DNA of 64,000 nt, taken from NCBI GenBank assembly GCA_002633005.1, contig NMRA01000582.1:100610-164609 (forward strand). Reading direction: 5' to 3'. Of this stretch, positions 27,801 through 39,800 are shown piece after piece. Within the stretch, counting starts at the first letter, position 1; every line of letters begins with the position of its first letter. Source of the DNA: Phoronis australis (taxonomy: Eukaryota; Animalia; Phoronida). The notes under the pieces were generated by a model. That model was not told the DNA's origin. It saw only the letters and a list, made by a program, of their open reading frames with translations, and did not search any database. Position numbers and translations under genes: made by a program.

Positions 27801-30800
27801 TCAACAGTTGTTGCTAGAGTACTGAAACGTGTATTCAAAGTACAACCAAATTCCTATGTCTCGGCCACGACGCTAACCACAACTGAATTGCCCGGTGATA
27901 GTTCTTTGACTACGGCAGCGACGTCGCAAACGGACGTTGTCGTTATTGTGGACACGTCCAATGCAGTTATGGACAGTGATCATCAACAACTGCGTCAGTC
28001 TCTGGAGGCATTGATCAATGCATTGCCATTCACATCATCAAACGACGTACAAGTAGCCATAATTAATTTTGGAGCGAATAGTAAAACCACCCTTGGGTTT
28101 ACGTCCAACAAGAGTAGTGTATTGTCTGCAGTTGACACATTACAGCGCAAACTCGGCGATGGATTGCTGTACAAAGCTCTGGATGAAGCGCGAAATCTGT
28201 TTGCACGAAACGGAAGGAGTAACGCCGAACATTCCGCTATCGTATTCAGTACAGGTAAAGAAACGTAATGAAATTCATATCATATTCTCGAGTTCTATTT
28301 TCTACTCTAAATTCTTGATATTATTGGATAGCGCTTAAGCCTTGAAAGCATTTTAGACTTACAAATCAACAAAACTATGAGTCCAGTGCAAAACAATGAA
28401 TTATGGCTTAGTGCAGATGCTTAGAGTGACGATGTTTGTTGAGTTGTTGATTAATTTAAATGGGCGTTAATCATACCCAAAATTCCCATATTTTGCAAAA
28501 ATGAAAATATGAACGAACAAAATTCGAAAGCGTATTTACTTTCACGACGAAACACGATAAACACAAGCAGTTTTAAAATAAAAACGGATTTGAAGAGCAA
28601 AGCGGATGCCACGTGACATGGGTCGTTCCTTGGTCAACTTGGGGAGAAATAGGTGCAATTTAATGGATGGGTACCCTGTTGACAGCATAATGTAAGTAGC
28701 CCTGCTCAATATTTAAATTTCCCCCACTCTTTTTGGTGCGTCCCTGCGGATGGCGATGAGTGGCGCTTTTTTATTGCACATCTTATCAGAGATAATTATT
28801 GTATTTCGTCATAATAAATGACCCTATTTCGTCACCTTCTGTCTCCTTTTTATTTCTGCGACTTACGTATTGCTCTTCGGGACATATACCGATCATAAAC
28901 AACACATATTGTGGTGCAACTGACCCGGAAACACTTGGTTCCATTAAACACGAATATAGTGAGTGAATCGACCTGAGACGAAAAAGAATTGAAATCGTAT
29001 TTCATCGTAACCTTACTTCTACTGTTTACAGGAGCTGGTTCCGATCACAATGTGTCAGCGGCAGCGAGCAACCTTCAAAGTGTGGGGGTTTCAGTCTACG
29101 CTGTTGTACCGTCCGCCGTTGTCTCGCGCTTCGAAAATATAACCTCGCATCCCCATGGTGTATTTGAGACACCGACTTACGCAGCGGTTGATTCACCTAC
29201 AGTCGGCGCCATTGTTAGCGCTGCTATTGGTCAAGGTGATTGTTGTCGTGAAGTATTAATCAGACAATTGTCTTGTATTGTAAAAACACTTCTGCTCAAG
29301 ACTTGGTCAGAACAGCAGAAACTGCGTCCCATCTTTTCGTTTTATCAAATCTGCTAGACCCTGATAGTTAACTGAACAAATGTTTAAAATGACGTAATGA
29401 CACAATGATACTTTTTCTCAATGATTTAACTCTGGTTCTGCTTGTCTGTGAATATGTGGAGCAATAGGATTCGGCCTGTTTAAACCATAGATCATAGACA
29501 ACAGATCCACACTTTCTTGCGTACTATCCCAGAGGAGGCGTCACTCTCCTAAATTATCTGTTCCAGTTTCCAGACAACACAACAACTGACCATGATTAGC
29601 AGACGACGTACTTACCAGAAATAAAACCTGATTATTTGGGCAGGTGTCGCTAGTGAATAATGACGTCATTGCTTCTGTAAGATCACAGATTTCGTCCATT
29701 GAAAGTATACGGAGTTGGCGGTCCATGTAGTACTGTCTATGTTTAAAGTAACACTGCCCTTCAACTATTTCACACACTCTTTCATGTACCATATGCACGG
29801 CCGACAATTTTCGAATGCTCGACATACGGCAAATTCTTCCTTTTAATTGTATCGCCTGTTATTTGCCCACTCTTCAGTCCCTGTGAACATGTTATGGTAT
29901 TTATATTATCGTTGAAGCCAAAGCAGTGATAAGTAGCTTTATAATTAGCACTCGGACCTCCTGTAATCTGACGGAGCTAGAATTGCTTTCTACGCAACTT
30001 TCACGAGCACAGGCGTACATTACAAGCACACTTGATATTAAAGCAATACAGCAATGCATATTTTTTCTAGCCGTGCCTCTTGTAGTGCATTCTCTCTCGT
30101 AAAGTGGTAGTCCATTTTCCCCGGGAAGTGGCGTCATGGTGTCCGTATCGAGCATGCATGCAACTTCCGGGGGCTTAAGAAGAATGTGAACTGAAGTCTG
30201 TGACATCAAACATCCAATAAATATAACGATCAGGCAAGATAGGGCGAAACCTGTTCATAGACTAAAAAGAACAAAGAACCCACTGTGTCTCAATCGTGTC
30301 AGCGACACAAGCATTTCAATAAGGGTTCCTGAAAATAGCCCAGAAGACTTTTGGAAACAAAGATCGTCATCGAAATTGTTAAACAAGTGACAGAAAATAT
30401 TACAACAAATCAACACAGTAAAGATGTGCGATAAATAAGTGCGATGTAAAATTCCTGAATCTCAAATTAGGACCAATTCATTTTACCTTAATGTGATATC
30501 CAGTTATTCAATGAAACATTTGAGACCCCAAGTTTGTTAAAACTTCAAAGAAACTCCAGAGATGATGAACTGTACGGAAGTACAATTCGGTTCGTCAAGA
30601 GTTATCGGACGATAACACTTGTTTTAAATACATTTATCCATCAATGTTTGTTTCGGCCGATGATACATTTTCGAAATCTTTATACTAACGAGGGTTGCAA
30701 ATATTACAGGACTAGTTTCAACGATTACAACCACTGCTTCACCCTCACCGAATAACACGGCATCAACGTCTGACGTCATCATAGTCGCTGACACATCCAA

Positions 30801-33800
30801 CGCTGTTACTGCAAGTGACTTCCAAGAGCTGCAACGTTCGCTGAAAGAACTCACAAATTCGCTAACACTCGACAGTTCCGGTGAACAAAGGTTGGCCATT
30901 GTCAACTACGGTGCAAACAGCAATGTTTCATTAACATTCACGCCACACAAGAGCAGTATTCTATCAGCCATCGACAACATGACACAGATGGGCGGAAACG
31001 CTCTCCTCCACAAAGCGCTGACTGCTGCAGACGACCAGTTTAAGCAACATGGAAGAAGGACTTCGAGAAAGTCCATCATTGTTTTCAGTGCCAGTAAGTC
31101 TTATGCATAATTTACATGGGGAAGAATTTGACTCTTTACAGGCATGTCGTCATAAGTGCAAACATGGAGTGAGTGAATCAGATGTTGATCTGAATGAATC
31201 TGGCATTCATGGTAAGCGGACCATGACTAGCAAGTGGACCATGACAAAGTCAATCATTAATCAGCTGTTTTTGACAACAGGGACCGCGATCTAATCTTTT
31301 TACTCGAGATCGAACTCGAAATCGAACTCGTAATCATTTTTAACAGTTTACGTTCTACGTCGGTATGATATAAAGGTAATCTCTATTGCTCTGTGCTCGG
31401 GTATATTACGGTCTTCGTGGATGATTGTGTAATCCTATTTTTCATTTGATGACCTCAGCATTAACACAATAAGTTGGAGTCTGAACTCGCAATCTCGAAT
31501 TTTCACTCGAGTTTGTCGCTCGAATCTAGGGGTCAACAATTATAAATCTGGACTCCAAAGTGGTTTGCGTCACGGTGATATCCTCAAGCACGGAACTATG
31601 AATAATTATTTTAAGAAACCATGTTGAAGGAAAAGGAAAGTTGGAAAGTCACAAATATATGTCCGAATTCGATTTCGAGTGAAGATAAGATCGCAGCTCT
31701 AGATCCCTGGTGTCAAGAGAAGTATTCTATCAGCGATCGACGACATGGCGCAAATGGGCGGAAACGCTAATGTTCACAAAGTATTCATTGGCTACAGCTG
31801 ACAACCAGTTGAAACAAAATGGAAGAAGAAATGCAAAATGGTCGATCATTATTTTCACTGTAGGTAACACCTTTGCTGTAATTACCAGGAAGTGAATGCG
31901 GAACATTGTTGACACTTTTAGGGTGGCGCTGCTGAAAAAGAATCAAAGGTACACGCGAACATGGACGGGAAGAAACCTCCCTTTAAACCTTGTCTACGTT
32001 AACAGGAGACTCGTTATTTAAGAACAAGTGAGCATGTACTGCTGTTTAATCTCATGCAATAATATTGCAACCGCCGTCGACATGTGTTAATCGCCACTAG
32101 TACACAGTATAAACGTGCTTAATTACCTTTAAAGAGTTGCAATAAACATGTCTACATAGACATATATTTGCAGTTTTAGGACAAGACAACCAAAACGCAA
32201 TTTCCAAAGCCAGTAGTCTTGAAGCTGATGGGGTGACAATATATGCGGTCGTACCGACGTCAGTTGCTTCAGACGTTGCAGCAATTACAACAGACCCAGA
32301 CACTGAAAACATCTTTCAGACGACAGCTTATGCCCAGTTGAACGATGCCGTCAAGAATGAGATTCTTAGCCGTGTCTTTAAAGATGGCGTGTCGGAAGGT
32401 ATAATAGTTGAGCCCAGTAACATACGTGGAATTTATTTTTCAATTAACACTAGATCTCAAAACATCGAATTTGTTCAGTGTATCTCGGTGCATTAACAAA
32501 ATCTTTCATATGCGTTAACTAGTAAGAGATAACAAAGCTGGTGTTCATCCAATTCAACCTGTGTTAATCACTGAGTAATATGCTTTTATTTAACAGTTAC
32601 AACTACGTCACCTCCTTCGAATAACAAAACGACGTCGGCTATAGATGTCATTATAATCACTGACACTTCAAACGCTGTTACTGCAAGTGACTTTCAAGAG
32701 TTGCAGCGTTCGCTAAAAGAACTCACAAAGTCGCTAACGCTCGGCAGTTCTGGTGAAAAGAGACTGGCCATTGTGAACTACGGTACAAATAGCAATGTTT
32801 CATCATCATTTACATCGGACAAAAGCAGTGCTCTCTCAGCCATCGATCAAATGAGACAGATGGGCGGAAACGCACTTCTTCACAAAGCCTTGACTACAGC
32901 AGACGACCAGTTCAAACAAAACGGAAGAAGTAATGCAAACAAGTCGATCATTATATTCGCTACCGGTAAGACCTTTTATTCTTGTTCCAACGAATTGCAT
33001 ACGAGCACAATATTGACACTTAAACATGTAATGGATGAGTATGCAGAAAAGGAATCAAAGGTAGAGATGATTACAGACTAAATGAGTCTTGTTTTCGTGC
33101 CAATTACTGCGTTGGTGAAATATTCAAGAGCCCCTGTTTAAGAGAACGAAAGTCTCATTCAAGCAAAAGTTAACCTGTACTACTTCTTTACCTCATGCAA
33201 TAAGATTGCAACCGTCATTACATGTATTAGTCGACACTGGTACATAGGACTATATGTGCTTGATTACCATGAAAGAGTTGGAATAGACATGATTACATAG
33301 ATATCTATTTGCAGTTTTAGGACAAGCCAGTCAAAACGCAACTTCCAAAGCCAGCAGTCTTCAAGCCGATGGGGTGACAATATATGCGGTCGTACCGACA
33401 TCAATTGCTTCAGACTTTGCAGCAATTACAACAGACCCAGACACTGAAAATATCTTTCAGACGACAGCTTATGCCCAGTTGAACGATGCCGTCAAGAATG
33501 AGATTCTTAGCCGTGTCTTCAAAGATGGCAGGTCGGGAGGTATAATGGTTGAGCACAATAACATACGTGGAATTTATGTTTTAGTTAACACTTGGTCTCA
33601 AAACATGGAATTTGTTCAGTGTATCTCGGTGCATTAACAAAACCTTTCATATGCGTTAACTGGTAAGCGATAAGAAAGCTGGTGTCCACACCAATCCAAC
33701 CTGTGTTAATCACCAAGTATTATGTTTTTATTTAACAGTTACAACTACGTCACCTTCTTCGTATAACAAAACGACGTCGGCTATTGATGTCATTATAATC

Positions 33801-36800
33801 ACGGACACTTCAAACGCTGTTACCGCAAGTGACTTTCAAGAGTTGCAGCGTTCGCTAAAAGAACTCACAAATTCGCTAACGCTCGGCAGTTCTGGTGAAA
33901 AGAGACTGGCCATTGTCAACTACGGTACAAATAGCAATATCTCATCAACATTTACATCGGACAAAAGCAGTGTTCTCTCAGCCATCGACGACATGAGACA
34001 AATGGGAGGAAACGCACTTCTTCACAAAGCCTTGACTACAGCAGACGACCAGTTCAAACAAAAAGGAAGAAGTAATGCGAACAAGTCAATCATTATATTC
34101 ACTGCAGGTAAGACTTTTAATTTGCTCATGTTCCAAGGAAGAATATGGAAAAATATTGACACTTAAAGATGGAAGGATGGATATGCAGAAAAGGAATCCA
34201 GGGTAGAGAAGATGACAAGAGTAAGTGAATATTCGTTTCGTGCCAAACAATGCGTTGGTGAAAATTTCTTTGAGCCCCTATTTATGTACACGAGAGATTT
34301 ATTCATACAAAAGTTAACCTGTACTGCTTTTTTACCTCATTGAATAAGCTTGCAACCGTCATCGATATGAATTCGTCGATCGGCACTTTTACATAGTATG
34401 AACGTGCTTGATTACCCTGAAAGAGTTGCAATAGATACATCTACACAGATATCTATTTACAGTTATAGGACAAGCCAGTCAAAACGCAATTTCCAAAGCC
34501 AGTACTCTTGAAGCGGATGAGGTGACAATATATGCGGTAGTACCGACGTCAGTTGCTTCAGACGTTGCAGCAATTACAACCGACCCAGACACTGAAAACA
34601 TCTTTCAGACGACAGCTTATGCCCAGTTGAACGATGCCGTCAAGAATGAGATTCTTAGCCGTGTCTTTAAAGATGGCGTGTCGGAAGGTATAATAGTCAA
34701 GCACAGTAACATACGGGCAATTTATTTTTTACTGAACACTAGATCTCAAAACATCTATTTCGTTCATTGTATCTCGGTGCATTACCATAATATTTCATAT
34801 GCATTAACTGGTAGGCGATAAGAAAGCTGGTGTTCATCCAATTCAACCTGTGTTAATCACTGAGTAATATGCTTTTATTTAACAGTTACAACTGCGTCAC
34901 CTCCTTCGAATAACAAAACGACGTCGGCTATTGATTTCATTATAATCACGGACACCTCAAACGCTGTAACTGCAAGTGACTTTCAAGAGTTGCAGCGTTC
35001 GCTAAAAGAACTCACAAATTCGCTAACGCTCGGCAGTTCCGGTGAAAAGAGAGTGGCTATTGTAAATTACGGTACAAATAGCAATGTTTCATCAACATTT
35101 ACATCGGACAAAAGCAGTGTTCTCTCAGCCATCGACGGCATGAGACAGATGGGCGGAAACGCACTTCTTCACAAAGCCTTGGCTACAGCAGACGACCAGT
35201 TCAAACAAAACGGAAGAAGTAACTCGAACAAGTCGATCATTATATTCGCAGCAGGTAAGACCTTTTATCATTGTTCCAAGGAATTGCATACGAACACAAT
35301 ATTGACACTTAAACATGTAATGGATGAATATGCAGAAAAGAAATCCAAGGTAGAGACGAATGCAGACTAAATGAAACTTGTTTTTTAGCCAAACACTGCG
35401 GTGGTGAATTATTCATAAGCATGAAAGCGAGAGATTCATTCATGCAAAAGTTGACCTTTACTGTTTCGCTACCTCTTTGAAAACCTTGCAACCGTCATTG
35501 TCATGTATTAGTCGACAATGGTATATAGTATTAACTTGTTTGATTAACTTTAAAGAGTTGCTATAGACATGTCTTACATAGATATCTCTTTGAAGTTTTA
35601 GGACAAGACAGTCAAAACGCAATTTCCAAAGCCAGCAGTCTTGAAGCCGATGGGGTGACAATATATGCGGTCGTACCGACGTCAGTTGCTTCAGATGTTG
35701 CAGCAATTACAACAGACCCAGACACTGAAAACATCTTTCAGACGACAGCTTATGCCCAGTTGAACGATGCCGTCAAGAATAAGATTCTTAGCCGTGTCTT
35801 TAAAGATGGCGTATTGGAAGGTATAATGGTCGAGCATGCTAACGTGATTTTCTATTATAATCTTGGTTTCAAGGCATAGAATTCATTATATCTTGATGCA
35901 TTAGCACAATGTTGTTGTATACAAAAGTTGATATTTCTTTTTTACTTGAACCAACTTTAATGACTAAGTATTGCGTTATTAATTGATCTCTAAACCACAT
36001 ACCATTCCCTCTACGGCCCCTTACATAAATTATGACTTTAATATACATTGTGACTATACGCCAAGTGCAATTTTCAAGAGCGTTAAGGTATTGGATACGT
36101 GGATTGCAATAAGTAGCAGAAAATGCGCTTTGTAGATTCACTCTCAATTCTCACCATCTAGTTGAAGGAGCATACATGAAGCTCAACACACAAATCAGGG
36201 CCCGGTCTCCAATCTCCGTACTCAGACTCATACTCATACTCGAGATTTCATACTCAAAATCGTGCTCACTGGAGTCGTACTCAAAAAAGCGTATCTAATG
36301 TCGTATTTCGAGTAGACTCCAAACGTACTCAAATCTGACACTCATACTCGAGTTGCTATGGAACTCTTTATGATGTGAAATGCAAAATCACGCAAAGCCG
36401 CGCTGATTCATCGCTCCCTATTGGAATAGACCACCCCAAGAACTAGGCCTACATTATCGTCTGCTGTCGCTACAACTACAACAGTATGTCTATAACGTGG
36501 AATTCTGAGTGTTCTGTAACTGTTATTCATTTTTTAGTTTCAATAAATATTCTTATGCCATTTCTTTGATACATTTGGCAATTATTAAGCTTCAATTCTT
36601 GAGTTCCTCACCCAGTCCCGAAAACGTCTTTTAAAAGAAATTTGTAACAGCTTATCACATCACATCTCTGTTGCTAATTTAGTCTTGACATAAAACCCAT
36701 TGCTGTGTAGGCCTACGCTGATGTCAAACTTTGATACTGTATCTTTGTATTTTACCGGGATGTATCAAGTGAGTTGACATTTGGCACGTGAGTTAAAAAA

Positions 36801-39800
36801 CAATACTTGTGCAGGCATTCAGAGTTCACCAGTGGCAGTGAACGGGACGAGACGTCTACTTAGAAATCGGCAAACAAAATCTGGAATTCCATTTGGGGAT
36901 TGAGGAATTATAGATGACTAAGTTATGATGAGAAATGTACCTGACAGGGAAGCGAACTTTTTTTAACTTCCCTCCCCTCCTCGTCTTTTGGAAACCCTAC
37001 AAAACGTAGGCACACATACCTAAATAAGGGCAGCACAAACTTCTCACACGACTTTTCCCAAAACTGCTTTGGACGCTTGTTATGACTCACCGACAAGGGA
37101 TTACAATGCGCCTGTTGCCAGGAATTGTAGAGGTAGAATGGCGGCCATAAAATACAGTGATACGGCGGTTAATAAGGTAAAGAATAAGAAGATTTAAGAT
37201 GAAAACTATTATCTCTGAACTGAAATTGAAGTGCTGAAATACGGTAAGAGAACTTATTTTTTTTAGATTTGTTGTGTTTCTTGGTTCCCTTTCGATATTT
37301 TGTTCTCTGGTCGTATTTATTTTCGAGTACGATTTCAAGCACACTGCCATACCAAACTTGAAATTTGAGCATAGGCTCCTAATTTTTACTCAAAATCGTA
37401 CTCGAAATATAGATGACATACACTTCAGTTCGAGTACACTCGAAAACTGAGTAAGTGCTCGAAATTTTGAGTACAGATATTTCGAGTATGACATTGAATA
37501 CACCAAAGCTGAGTCTGTACTCGAGTTGAGTATGAAGTGTGAGTTTGAGCATGATTCGAGTCTGAGTACGGAGATTGGAGACCGGGCCCAGGACACGCAC
37601 ACACACGCACGCACACTTATTCTAAATAATTTGATGTTGCAGTGATATCTAGTTCTACGCAAGCACCAACCACCGTACCAACGATGGCGTTAACAGATGC
37701 CGTACTCATTCTTGACACATCTGAAGGAGTATCGACAAATGACGTCAAAAATGTGAAACGCTTCTCCGAGGAGCTTGTAACTGACATACAATTCAAAGAT
37801 GGACTTCGTACAGCTGTGATCAACTATGGACAAACGGTAGATCTTGCACTTGGGTTTTCTGGTGACAAAAACAATGTTTTGTCAGCTCTTCAAAACATGG
37901 CTGCACGCGGCGGAAAGGCCGACACCAACAAAGCTCTCAACGAGGCTAAGAAGGTGTTCTCCAACGGCGGACGAAACGGTGCAAAAAAGGTCGTAATTTT
38001 AATCAGTGCAGGTGAGCAATACACCATCTGAAACTCAAACACAGTGTGTGTTCGGAGAGAACAGTCACAGGTTGCATAAAATAGTCCCAAATAGGGATTC
38101 GCCTACGTTCTCTAGTTTTCACATTACTGGTGGACTTGAAAAAACACTGGTTTAACTTTATAATGCTGATTTGTCTTCATTGCTTGGCATTCTTTTAGAT
38201 TTGATACACACTGATAGTAAACTTTATGATGAGTTCTTAATATTAATGTAAATAAATATTGACATGTTCATGCAATGCTCATAGTCCATGTTTATTTTCA
38301 CTAAACTTAGGGGCCAGTTTTCACAAATATTTTTAGAAAATAAGGCAAGTGAAAGAGGAGTTACTTGGGACTATTTTGTATAACGGGCATAGCTTTAAGT
38401 CACAGGGAATACAGCGTTGCATATCGATAAAAGTACGGTGAATTTACAAGGTTCGCGCCGTAAAAACAGACTGCGTAGATCTGTGTTTGAACTGTTCACT
38501 GTCATGTTCGTTGGAGATATCGAATCATTAATTCGTATAATGGATGGGGCTGAATGAGAGCCTCCCAGCGATTTATGGTATTTGCGTGTGTATATAGCGA
38601 TCGTTGTTCTAAATTGTGTTGCTGTTTACAGAGGTCGGTCAAGATCAGAATTCAGTGTCTTCTGCTAGGAGCCTCGAGGCTGATGGCGTGACCATCTACG
38701 TAGTGTCTCCTTTAAGCAATGGTGAAGACATGACAGCTATTGCCACCGACCCAGACACCGAGACCTTAATCTCTACCGCAGACTACGCGAGCTTGAACAC
38801 CGACGTTGTGAACGTTTTGCTCAGTCGAGTATTCAAACAATCTCCTACTGTCCCATCAGTTCCCCCTTGCTTTCCTTCAGATCTTGTCATGATTTTGGAC
38901 TCTTCCAATGCATTGACAAAGGCAAAGTTTTCAGAGGTGAAAAGATTTGCCAAAGATTTTGTCAACTTCGTTGACTTTCGGTATACCACCGCGTCTGTGT
39001 TGAACTTCGGCAATTTGACCGTTAAGACAGGAGTGTTCACGTCTCACAAAGACGAAATCCTCAATTTCATCGACGGCTTGACAACAATTGGAGGCTCCGG
39101 TGACATTCTGAAGCAACTTAATATCACAGAGGAACTGTTTGCAAGCGAAACACGAAGTGCCAAAAAGGTCGTAGTCTTGGTAACATCAGGTCAGTTCACT
39201 TTTGTAAACACTTCAGTTAGTGAACTTGGCTGCATATAAAATTTATTTCGAAACAAAGAATTACTGATCTTGTGTTGACCTGAACCTTTCATTGGAACAC
39301 ACGCAAATTTATGTGACAGCATCGTCTTGCTTCTGTATGCCCAGTATCACCGCTTGAGGTACGTACGACCATTGGTTTCCAGTGTTAGTTAAAGGTGATA
39401 TAAACCCTTCCTCTGAAACAGAAAGTGACTTTAGATTTAGACCACTTACTGTTAAGACACCGGCCTCGGTTCTGTACGGACAGTAATTACACTCTGGTTT
39501 TAATAATCACATACTGGGTCAAACCAATAACATGACACCACTAATACATATATGTCCACGCTATCTCAGAAAATGAACGCTTCTCCAGTCAGATCCACTA
39601 TATTTACAGGTGATGCTTTCGTGGATAATGCAGCTAAAACAGCTGCCAGAAACTTGGAGAAAACTGGAGTAACTTTGTTTGTAGTCGTCACTTCAACCAA
39701 TTTGAAAACGGTACTTCAAGACGATCTCAAGGCTCTGTCAACTGACCCGGACTCTGAGACATTCTTTCAAGCAGACAGTGCTTCAAGCTTAGGGAATGAC

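Larger units (their letters stand above)
31713..35840 (+). repeat. Tandem array of ~1.14-kb two-exon VWA units (~3.6 copies)
   Basis: Homologous 225-nt exons start at 32174, 33315, 34463, 35596 and 369-nt exons at 32597, 33739, 34886; introns are also homologous. Confidence 0.92.
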
